A DNA stretch of 62,732 bases, filler included, from Rhabdomonas costata (taxonomy: Eukaryota), in assembly GCA_019059605.1 (NCBI GenBank). It is 17 parts of 17 records of this genome, joined end to end, with 100 filler letters (N's around TTAATTAATTAA, not from the genome) between each part and the next. Parts side by side here need not be neighbours in the genome. Positions count along the whole stretch, not along the records: positions 51,787 to 55,367 come from JAHMHO010000698.1; positions 55,468 to 59,049 come from JAHMHO010000699.1; positions 59,150 to 62,732 come from JAHMHO010000700.1; 14 more parts are not named here. One strand, written 5' to 3'. Shown one piece after another: positions 53,089-62,732 of this stretch. Numbering within the stretch: position 1 is the stretch's first letter; every line of letters begins with the position of its first letter. Below the pieces are notes generated by a model. That model saw only the letters and a list, made by a program, of their open reading frames with translations. It was not told the origin of the DNA and searched no databases. A program made the position numbers and the translations under genes.

Positions 53089-54553
53089 GGTGCAGTTTAG
53101 TTTGTAATAGTGAGTGTTGTGATTTTTCTTCTCATGCCGAGATCTTGCCTTTCCCATCCGACGAAGGTTTGTAGGATGGTAGACGATTTGTTTTTTGTAT
53201 TCTTTTGAGAATGTTCTCGTGGCTCGAGGCGACGAGCGAGAGAAGGTGTAATCTCTGCCTACTCACCACAGGGTGAATGTCCCCTTGTGCGGCGGACGGT
53301 GCTGGGTTTAAATGCGGATACCCGGCGTTTTGTGGGAAGGTCGATACGATTTTCTACCATTCTTTCTTGGGTTGTAGAAGTGTGTGGCGTTTTGCCTGCA
53401 CGTTACTCTCTGTGTTCAGGTTTCACGCATCCTCTTTCAAAGGGATGCTTGTGCGCACGTGGATGCACATAGATGACGTTCATCGTTTCTGCATGCGGTT
53501 TCTTCCCATCCATCTCACCCCACACCGCTCTCGTTGGCGAACGCATGCTACACTTTTCCAGCCTGTGCTTTGCCTACATGTGCGCAACTCCGAACAAGTG
53601 TGTTTGTTCATGCGATATTTGCCTTTTTCCTGCGTGTACCATGTTGATCGGTTCCCACCTCGCCGCGTTTTTCAAAGCCGTCGCTGCAGTGCAGTGCAGT
53701 GCAGTGACTGCTTTATTTTTGCGGTAGAAAGTGATTGCAAGTGCGGGATGAACAACTGTGCTTCTTCTTGCCCCTTTTGCTGAAAAAAGATGGTTATGCT
53801 GTTTAAGTGAACCCTCTGATTCGACGTCTCTGGAGCTTGAAGCCCGAATGTGTTTTTAGGGTCCCCGCTCTTCGCGAACATAAGGTGCATAATTGGCATA
53901 ATTTTGCGTAGTAAGTTATATTATCGCCTGGAGGGACTCGTTCTTGCACATACACGTTCTTGCTACATGGTATAAGCAACAATTCAATTCAATCGCTCAG
54001 GACTGGGTTTCCCGTCGTTTAAGATTGGGAGACCGTTTAGAGAGTCAAATAAAAAGGTGCAAGGGCAAAGCCGAAGCATTCCCAGGGTCTTCTATGGAGG
54101 GTGGGCGTCCCGAAACGTTTCCTGCCGCTTATTTTAGCTTTGGTGGCAGTGGTTTCACATCATCCGGGATGTTTCAGGTCAGTACTGACGTCTCGAAACG
54201 GCTGTTTGGTCAGGGACCGATGATGCAGCTTCTCGCAGCTGGGGTCATGGCATAAAGCCTAAAGCTAATGGGCAGCTCAGAGTGACATGATTCACATTGC
54301 GTGCATCCTTCCAAAGAATTTCCGTTCGGCAATGCTCTCCGTCAGTGCACAAACCCTCTCACCAGCTTTTCCAATATTAGTTAAAACTGCAAGTGGGCTT
54401 GAAGGTTTTGAAATTTTTGGGAAGCATCTGGGGCTCTTTTGATTTCATCCACTATGCTGTCTAGCGCGCGGCAGTGTTTTTGCTCTTCACTGTCTGGGGG
54501 TTTCTGTCCCTAACTTGGTCATATCTATTTTTAACTAATGTTTTGCCGGAGAG

Positions 54554-54844
54554 GTGAGGCGCACAGCGTCGCGCCAAGGCACGCTGCGAAGGCCTGGGAC
54601 AGGAAGGGAGTCCACGTGTCCTTTTGGTTGCTGGTCGGCGTGTTGGTTGTAGTTAGTGTGATGGCCGTGGGGCTGCTGGCCTTCCTGCCAGTGTACTTCC
54701 GCACCGAGGCCACGATGGACTCCGTGGCGTCGAAGTACAGGGAGCTCTCGTTCATCGCCGTGGAACATGATGTGGTGGAGTTGTTGCAGAAACAGGTTAG
54801 GATGGTGAAGCTAATATCCAAAGTGCAGGCCACCTTTCCTCCTG
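54554..54844 (+). CDS. Exon with first TM helix and long helix, typical of the N-terminus of Cache-domain receptors
   Basis: VSFWLLVGVLVVVSVMAVGLLAFLPVYF followed by EATMDSVASKYRELSFIAVEHDVVELLQKQ. Confidence 0.55.
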
Positions 54845-55467
54845 GTGCGTGTCCCGTGTGCGGTCTGTCTTTTTTCCCCTGGCAACTTCACTCAAGTGTC
54901 GATTCTGAAATTGTTTGGCTTGCCACTGGGCTGGGCTGGGCTGGGCTAGATCGAAAACCCCGAAACCCATTTTGCGTGAGATTCGGGTTCACAGGCACGC
55001 GAAAAGCCGGGGGGTGGCCGAAATCCGGACCCCTCCCCCCCCACACACACACACAAGAAGGGACACTCCCATGCAATTGTACCCTTGTGCTTCCGCGCCA
55101 ATGTTGCATCTTTAATCCTTTATCCATCCTGTGTGCATCCAAATATGCGGACCTCTGTTGCTGCATTATTGAGAGAAACTTTTACAGGGCCTCACGCACA
55201 GAGGAGCATTCAACTCTGAAACAGCGCGACGGGGAATGATGCGGGTGGAGGTCTGTGTCAAACAAGAAACCGGACTACGGCCCCGGCGGCTTTGCTTCCC
55301 TAGCCGCCCGCCCCAGCCCCGAAACGATGCTGGTTAACTCCTCTTTCAAAGCACAACAAACCCACACNNNNNNNNNNNNNNNNNNNNNNNNNNNNNNNNN
55401 NNNNNNNNNNNTTAATTAATTAANNNNNNNNNNNNNNNNNNNNNNNNNNNNNNNNNNNNNNNNNNNN

Positions 55468-58400
55468 GTTGTGTGTGAAGTTCAGAGACAGCGTCATGTA
55501 GGGCACTTGCGGCTGCTGAGGTACGGGCGTCGCACCAAATATGGTGCTGCAGAACCCCCCTGTCTGGGCAAAGTCGTCCTGAAACCATTTCGGCTTGTAG
55601 TCGTTGTTCAGCGACCACACCATGATGCCCTGCACATTACCTGCTCCCCAGTTCAGGGTAGCGGCCTGGCTTTTCAGTTGGCTCAGAACGCCTCCGGGAT
55701 TGTAATCGGAGAGGGGAGCATTGTTGAAAAGCTGGGGTTTGGGGTTGGTAGGGTAGAAAACTGTGGCGTCGTTGCCAGACGCACCATTCGCGGGAAACCC
55801 AATCGCGATTTGAACATGCGGCGCCATGCTGATGCTCATCGGCGCAGCCTGGGAATCGTACTTAGTGGAAACGAGGTTGTTCATCGCGGTAAAGACGGCG
55901 GTGAGAATCTCGGGGTCGTTGTCGCCATACCCGCCCAGCGTGAAGCCACCCGTGTTGTAGCACTGCAAGAAGATGTAGTCCGGGGATTTCGTGGCGAGCT
56001 GAATCGCTTTGTTGAACTGGCAATTCCCATCGTAGAGACCCGAAGCAAGCCCGAGGTTGATGCATGGCTTGGCGGGATCAATGTCGTTGCCGTCAGTGGC
56101 CGTCAGCTGAGGGGCCAGACTGACCTTGTACCCCGCAGCTTTAAATCCATCAATCAAATCTGCGATGGTCTGGCCGTCAATTGATTGGGATTTGTGGGGC
56201 CACCCGCCTTCCATGTCGAGGTCAACTCCAGTGATGCCCTGCTTGAAACACCCCTTGAGATCCGTGATTTGCGAGCACACTTTGCTGACGACGTCCGAGA
56301 CAGTGTTCACGTTGATGGTTGTGTTGCAGATGTTGGCCCCACCAACGGAATAAAAGATTTCTGCGTCGCTGGAGACGAAGTCGGCGATGTACTTGCACTC
56401 GCTGTAGTAGTTCATCGGGCTCTTTGGGGGCGAGCTGGAATATTCCGTTGCGCCGCTTTTGGTCGCTGCAAAGGCCAAGACAATCACCGTGCATGACGCA
56501 ATCCCACTGGAAGGCATCGTGGTGGCGTTAACCGGTTGCTCTCCAGAGAGTTGGATGTAGCCAACTCGAAGTGGAGGAAGGCCGTCCTGTCCCAATCGGG
56601 TGGAGCCCCTCGACAAGGAATGGCGGCATCTCAGCAGCGGTAGGGGCGGCGATGTGGGCGGAGGAAAGGATGCCGCAGAGGTCAGATCCACCAACTTCGC
56701 ACTTTGCTGCACGGCAAGCTGGCACTGGAAATTCGCCGGGGTCAAAATAAACGGGCTCGTTGCCTTCCAGGTGCTGGGGAGCAGCATGTACTGGTAGTAA
56801 TTCGAATGGGCCACCGGCAAAGGGGAGTTGGCGAAGCCAGGGCTGGTCGTGTTGCTCACCGAAAAGCCAACACCGATATTCCCACCCCACGCTTGGCCAT
56901 CCCCGGTTTTGCAGGTGCCGTTCTTGAGGGTCAGCAGCAGCCCTTGGTTCTTGGCGTTGATCAGCGTGATGGGCCCGCCCACAACCTGGAAGCTCAGCAA
57001 ACCAGTCGTCATGTTCTGAAGGACAGCGTTGCTGATGGAACCGGTGGTGAACGCGCCTGGGCTTCCAAACCCGACAGAGGTGATCTGAAGATTGGGCGAC
57101 GCGGAGAGGGTCAGCGTGTGCGTGCCTGCAGCAAGCGAGCACCCGGAGGGTCCTGCAGTCGAGGCGCTAATCCCCCAGCACATGCTTTTGTCAGAGCTCC
57201 AAGCCCCCATGCCAATGGTGTCCAAAGGCCATGCACCCCAGGTCTGGCCCGGGCCTGGAGTCAAGTAGCCCTGCTGGGTGTACACCAGAAGCATGTAGTC
57301 GGACGTCAGGGTGACAGCCTGATTGATGGTGAGTTGCAAGTTCATATTCTGCCCAGAGGGGGAGTAAGTGGCGCCAGTGATCGGAGTGCTGAACAGGACA
57401 CGGCCAGAGGGCAGCATTGCGCCCGTCGTCCCGGTGGCCCCTGGCACGGAGTTCAGCACCCCGGCCGTGGGCACGTTGCCCTTCCAGCTGAAGGCGCCGT
57501 TGAAGCCCAGGGTGTTGAGCTTCCCGGTACTCCCGCTGTAGAAGTAGCTCTGGATAGACACGGACCCGTTGTTCGCGGGCTTCCCGTTGGTGGTGTTGCT
57601 GATACTGCTGACCACCACGGACAATACGTTGCCTGCGCCGGCGTACAGGGTCACTGGGAGGGCCTGGCTGGTCTCCACCGGCGCAGTGGTGGGGCCTGCC
57701 CCGGCCGGGAACAGGTTGACCACCAAAGACCACGTCGGGGCGGCCTTCGAGGGGGTCTGCGGGAGTAGGGGCGCGATCCCGTCCAGCGCAGAGCTTTCCG
57801 CGACGTTGAACTGCTGCTGAAGCGTAGGTAGGGAGCTCCCGGAGTATTGCAGCACGGGCTGGGTCACCCATAGAGGGGGCTTGTCAGAGATTAGCATGGG
57901 TTGGTAGCCCCCGCTCGACGTGGGGGTGCCAAGGATAAAGCTCTGCCCGGCCTGCGAGGTCAGACTAACTGTGATGCCCTGGCCCTTCAGGCTGGCGCAG
58001 GTGCCGTACGCTAGGGCCACCGTCATGTACGGTACATCAGACGATGCAGAAGCGGCCACTGCGGTCGCAAAGGAGCGACGACCTCCCGCCACCGGTGCAG
58101 GTGCAGGTGCAGGAGTCTGAAAGAAAGAACATGGAAAAACAATTTCGGGGTACGGGCATATATATGGAGACCGGCCCCTAATTACGGTGGAATCACGTAC
58201 CCAAGGTTTTGGTGTATTGAAGGTGTGTGCGGGCGTGGTGGGGGGCTCCGTTCGGAAGCAAATAGAGGCATCTGCATCACTGACCCCTGCGACATCTTCC
58301 ACCTTGTCGTAGGAGACAAGTACATTCAGTTTAATCTCCTTTGAAACACATAATGTCGTAATAGGCCTTTTGTCACATCCTGAAGAGTGGACGACACCTG

Positions 58401-58794
58401 CATCCAGTGGGGTGATTAAATTGCACCGTAAACGTTGGGAGGTCAAATTGCACTTGATATGTACGGGATCTACCAGAAGCACCAGAGTAAAATTATATGA
58501 GGAAACTTAAGGTAAAATAATCCAAACCGGCACATCACCTAAGAAAGGACCGAATCCAGGCACAGTACAAGACACGCAGAGACCAACGAAGGAAGCCAAA
58601 GGTGCGCATAATGCGCTCCCACACTGCCGACCCAGCAGCATAGAAGATGAACGGAGTGGCAAACCTTCAGTGCTTCCGAAGGAGTGGTCAACTTGAAGGC
58701 AGTCTCCAAGGCGGGGAACTTTGCGGCGAGGCTGGCGATCATTTTGTTCGTGCCCGCCAGCCTCCGGCTGATCGCCGACAGGTTGCAGTCCTCC
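55468..58794 (-). CDS. Large multidomain GH18 chitinase-like protein, partial. Exons ~58794-58666 and 58116-55468, with a possible in-frame intron at 56691-56587
   Basis: C-terminal TIM barrel: VGY, VIVLAFA, IFYSVGGAN (SxGG), ITGVDLDMEG (DxDxE), VSLAPQ, DYIFLQCYN, IAIGFP, GIMVWSLNND. Preceded by ~500 aa of S/T/G-rich beta-like sequence. Confidence 0.88.
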
Positions 58795-60037
58795 TTTTGT
58801 GTGTTTTCGAGAGAAGTGAACCCAAGTGGAAAAAAAAAGCAAAGCAAAAATTTGTCGTTGGAGGAGAGGGATGCACACCTCCCCGTCAGAATCCCTCGCA
58901 GCGGAGGAAGACGGGCAGCAGCAGCAGCACAGCTGACTCTGCGCACATGCGCGAAAAAGGAAAGGAAAAAAGAAGTAAAAACTGAGAGGCATCATCCATC
59001 TACACCGCCATCCCATCCATTACTAACTACCTCTGTACAAAACACAACANNNNNNNNNNNNNNNNNNNNNNNNNNNNNNNNNNNNNNNNNNNNTTAATTA
59101 ATTAANNNNNNNNNNNNNNNNNNNNNNNNNNNNNNNNNNNNNNNNNNNNGTGGTGGGTGTGTTTGGGGTGGGTGTTGGCAATGGTGGCCAGCGGGAGGCC
59201 TGCTCTGGCAATAGTTCTATGTGGCGAGGGTCTCGTGGCCGAGCCCTCCAGGGAACTGACCGAAAGGTTTCGTGCTTCTGCTGTTTTTTTTTGTGTGATT
59301 TTCTGTTTGTTGTTTTTTCGCATTTTTTTTTGCCGCATTTGTTGCTAGATTTTTCGGGGTGGGTTGGGGGGCTATTGGGATTTGCTGTGGTAAAGTTCTC
59401 CCAAGACTCAGTGCTGGGTCGTTGCCCCAGTTGTTACGTTGAAGTGCTTGCGGCGTGTGTCCTGTCAGATTCTTGCTAAAGACTCCTAAATTGAGCTCAA
59501 GTGTAAAGTCTTGGTTCAACAGGTTTATTGTGCAGGGTGCCAACCCCCATCGGTTGGTTTGCTTTAGTGCCGGGTCTTTTTGGATGCAAACTTTGCAGCA
59601 CTGCTGCCTAGGAGTGGTTGCGTGAAGGCTCAAATTTCGTGCAGCCTCATTGCTTTCTGTGGCCCAATGGAAGTTGGGGTGGCGTGGGGTGGGGTAACGG
59701 TTACCACTGTTAACAGAAACCTACCCAAAAACTTTTGCTAATTTAACTTAAATACGGTCAGGTAAAAGACGCCTGCACTCTCGAAAATCGATGATCGAAA
59801 ATCAATTATTGCTTTTGTAGCCGCTGAAAACTGCCACCAGGTTAGGACTCGCCAGCGGCTGGGATGTGGGCGGAAGAGTAGGACAGCATTAGTGGCGGGA
59901 ACATCACCTGGGGTGCCTTGATTGACTACTTAAAATATGCTCACATAGAAAAGATTGTTACCGTTGACTGTAACGGTTACCAGTGGTAACGCCCACCCCC
60001 CCAATTTCTTTTGCACCCTTTCTACTCTTTGTTGCAG

Positions 60038-62590
60038 TAGTGGAGCAACTGTCCTGTCCTTCGCCCAGCTGCATGGGCGCGGCCCTGTGGACGCCCCCTC
60101 CTGGCAGCGGGCCATCGAAGATTCCATTGGCGCGGCAAAGGTTCTTTCTAAGGCCTTTTCTTGGTCAGTTTTTGGGGCGGGCTCCTTTGCGTTCAACGCT
60201 GCACAGCTATGCTGTCGCTGTTGCGCGCGAAGAATGCTGCAATCAGTGTGCTGTGCTGTTGTGTGTTGTGTTGTGTGCTGCAGTCAGCAGCAAGTGGGAA
60301 AACCTCTGCCAAGGGAGCAGTTCAAACCTTGCTGGAGTCGCTGCCTGGGCTGCATACGATATCCCACGGATACCTAACTGTTCCAATTAAATTGGAAAAT
60401 GCACAAAATGGAATTCAGGTGAAAATCAATCAGGAATGCAGCAGGATTCCAGCGGTTCCAAAACCGCCGAAGCTGAAAGAGAAGCCTCCTTGCATGAGGA
60501 ACTGATCGACCCTGATCCACCAAGCTCGTTCCATCTGTAGAAAAAACTTGAAACGACATGAAACCTTTTTTGTTCTTTCTGAATTAGTTTGACTATTTGG
60601 AGTCACCTGAGCGAAAACACATCACTGGTTGGAGAAAAATTGCTTGCTTATGGTTGTAGAAGAGCTTGTGTCTTGTCTTGTTATGTTCTTCGTAGCAATG
60701 CGGAATGCGGAATATTCGGCAAGGTTTGCAAACCCCTCCCACCGCAGGAAGCGTGGCAAAGACCTGGCCGGCCTGTCGTCGTACTGTACGGCTGGTGCGG
60801 GGCCCCGAATGATTTCCTAGCATTGCTGGAGGTGTGCCCCTTTCTCTGCCTCTGGGTGGCTGGTTGCAGACCCCCCCCCCAATTCGCCATGATGACAATG
60901 GAGCGTTTCCTTTGTGCAGATCCTTTCTTTATCGGTTGCGAGCGGTTCTGGGTGGTATGATGCTTCTGCTGGCTCTGCCATGTCAGTGGCGCGAGAACCA
61001 CAGGACCATAGGTTCCGCAGTTCATGTTCAGGGTTATTGCTTTGCTTCGCAGGCCACTTTGAGGGCGGGAGTCCGGACGGATGACATCGGGTGGTTTGTT
61101 TTGCCTCGCGGTGGCGCAGTGGGGGAGGAGGCGCCCCCCGCACCGGCGCTGCAACTGTTGGCCCGCAATGCGGTCACCGCCGCCCTGTCCGCCGCCTTGA
61201 GACCTTCCGAAGGGCAGTAGGGACGTGCGGTGGGCTGGGGGGATGCGAGATAAGGCGGGGGAATTGGATGAAGAAAGACTGAACCCTCCACATTCAACTT
61301 GTTTTGGGGTGTGCATTCGGCGCCCTTCTTTTGGACGATGGCTGTGTGTATTCTGTGTGTATATGTTAAAGTTTGGACATTATTGATAAATGGAACCTTG
61401 TGAACAATCTGGGACTTTTATGCAATTCTTGAACTAAAGCAATGTTGGCTATACTATCAGCTTTCAGAAAAAAACCCCCCGACTAACCCCCGAAAAAAGC
61501 CAACAAACCTGTGTCGGGATCTTAGCTTTGTGGGTTAAACCCGTTTCTGGGTGTAATATGTTTTTTGGGGTCTGCCAAACGCCTCCGAGCGAGGGACTGA
61601 CGTAAGGGCAGGGCTAGTAGTTAAGCGAAGGAAGAAGGTGGTGGTGTTTACCCCAGGGCCCTAGGGATACAACATGGTGTCTGTTGAGGGTTGTGAGGTA
61701 AAGGAAGAGCCATCGGGGAGCTCTTTCGCTTGCACTTTTCTTATGGCACTATTTCCTTGATTCCTTTTCGGCATCTCACCTGTTTTTTTTGGTGCGTAGC
61801 GACTTTGTAATTTGGTCTCTGTTGAGAATGGGTGTTGGTCCTCATCTGTGAAGGAATGCGGCGGTGAGCTGTTCTGCCATTGAGGGGAAGGCAGCTCTCG
61901 AGGAGATCCTTGCCGTCAGCGCATGCGCGGAAACTTGTGAGTCCTCTGGACCCTGCGGCTGTTCGGTGGCCATGTCTCGGCAGGCACTGCTTTGTGTCCG
62001 CGCTCGCTGTTCACATCTGAAACCAAAGACTCGCACCGTCTGCACTTAACCCTGGCTCCTATTTTCTTTTTGCAAATATACCGTCACCGCTCCCCCACTG
62101 TTCGCACACGGAATCGTGTGGAGCGCCGTTTTTCATTTGTAATTCGGAATTTTCGGTGGAATTCGAGGCGAAGCCGAGTGCAGAGTGCAAAGAGATGTGT
62201 GTGTGTGTGTGTGCGTGCGTGCGTGTGTGTTTTTTTTTAGCGGCCAATGGTAGTGAGCCCACCGAACTGGTCACTGTCCTGTTTGATGTGTTACCCGAAT
62301 TTCTGCTGCATTTTCCGCTTTTCGGTTTTTCCTTCTCGCTAGTCCAGTCCGGAGCCTGAGCTGGCAGGACTAGCGTTTTTGTTTCGCTTGGACCTATTGA
62401 CCTTTTCCCCCCTTCTCTCATTCTCTTTATTCGGACCCATTTTTGAGTTTGTCTGCACAGACGGTATCCTTCCAGGAGGCGGACTTCCCTCCGTTGCCAG
62501 CGAGTGGCGCCACGGCGACTGGTTCGTGCTGGGCAGGCAGGTCTGCCTGGGGCCGGGCCGTGTCTGTCACCACTCAGCCGCTCTCGCGGG
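60038..62590 (+). CDS. Multi-exon hypothetical protein
   Basis: Exon-like pieces with AG/GT borders: SWQRAIEDSIGAAK, EAWQRPGRPVVVLYGWCGAPNDFLALLE, ATLRAGVRTDDIGWFVLPRGG, DGILPGGGLPSVASEWRHGDWFVLG. Family unresolved. Confidence 0.4.
62196..62230. repeat. (GT)n/(GCGT)n microsatellite
   Basis: tgtgtgtgtgtgtgtgtgcgtgcgtgcgtgtgtgt. Confidence 0.9.
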
Positions 62591-62732
62591 TGTGTCTGTG
62601 ATGGTGCACAGCGGAGTGAAATTGTGTTGGGTTGACCACGGGGTGCGTCATACTTCATATCGCTGTGCATTATTGTGTTGGTGATGTGGGAATAGTCATT
62701 CTGACACATCTCGAGTGTAACTACCCAAAACA

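Noticed and set aside
56704..57768. 354-aa + strand ORF, and other long ORFs overlapping real exons (e.g. 55471-56184, 49138-49845)
   Set aside because: Antisense shadows of GC-rich coding sequence.
58117..58482. N-terminal ~120 aa of the 1020-aa ORF as coding
   Set aside because: Lower GC, ends in ttctttcag, and an upstream exon joins in phase at 58116; most likely a stop-free intron segment.
3598..59149. Regularly spaced TTAATTAATTAA palindromes as a CRISPR-like array or biological repeat
   Set aside because: They are always embedded in N runs of fixed length; this is an artificial six-frame-stop contig linker.
1..62732. Gene neighbourhood or operon-like system, or ~3.6-kb nanochromosomes
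   Set aside because: The contigs are unlinked, roughly size-sorted, and cut through genes; there are no true telomere repeats.
1..62732. rRNA, tRNA, spliced-leader RNA genes and euglenid-type stem-forming nonconventional introns
   Set aside because: None recognised by eye. Resolved introns are GT-AG apart from one GC-AG and one AT-AG candidate. Covariance-model searches were not possible.

Overview
This is not one locus. It is 17 short (~3.6 kb) eukaryotic contigs joined by artificial 100-nt spacers (N-run + TTAATTAATTAA + N-run), plus one true scaffold gap. Nothing can be inferred from adjacency across spacers. The DNA is intron-rich protist nuclear sequence: GC-rich exons, mostly GT-AG introns of ~0.1-1.1 kb, and GT/CA microsatellites. 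The gene content (several Cache/HAMP/class III cyclase receptor fragments, RI-type LRR) suggests a euglenozoan, perhaps a euglenid; this is inference. G/T-only contig starts, A/C-only ends and terminal fold-back hairpins point to whole-genome-amplified, probably single-cell, DNA. Genes reconstructed by hand: an RRM protein, a degenerate receptor adenylate cyclase, two convergent Cache-type sensors, a SET (Rubisco-LSMT-like) methyltransferase, a STE11/MEKK kinase, a complete calmodulin-like gene, an LRR protein, an intronless DUF3638-type helicase-like ORF, a NEO1/ATP9 flippase, a bacterial-type DRE-TIM aldolase with introns, a large GH18 chitinase, a small mitochondrial-type membrane protein and a Merlin/IS1595-like transposase start. 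I see no clear new multi-gene system. The best leads are the pseudo-cyclase/Cache receptor family, two candidate horizontal acquisitions, a candidate AT-AG intron and the DUF3638 ORF. All family assignments come from motif recognition, not database searches.
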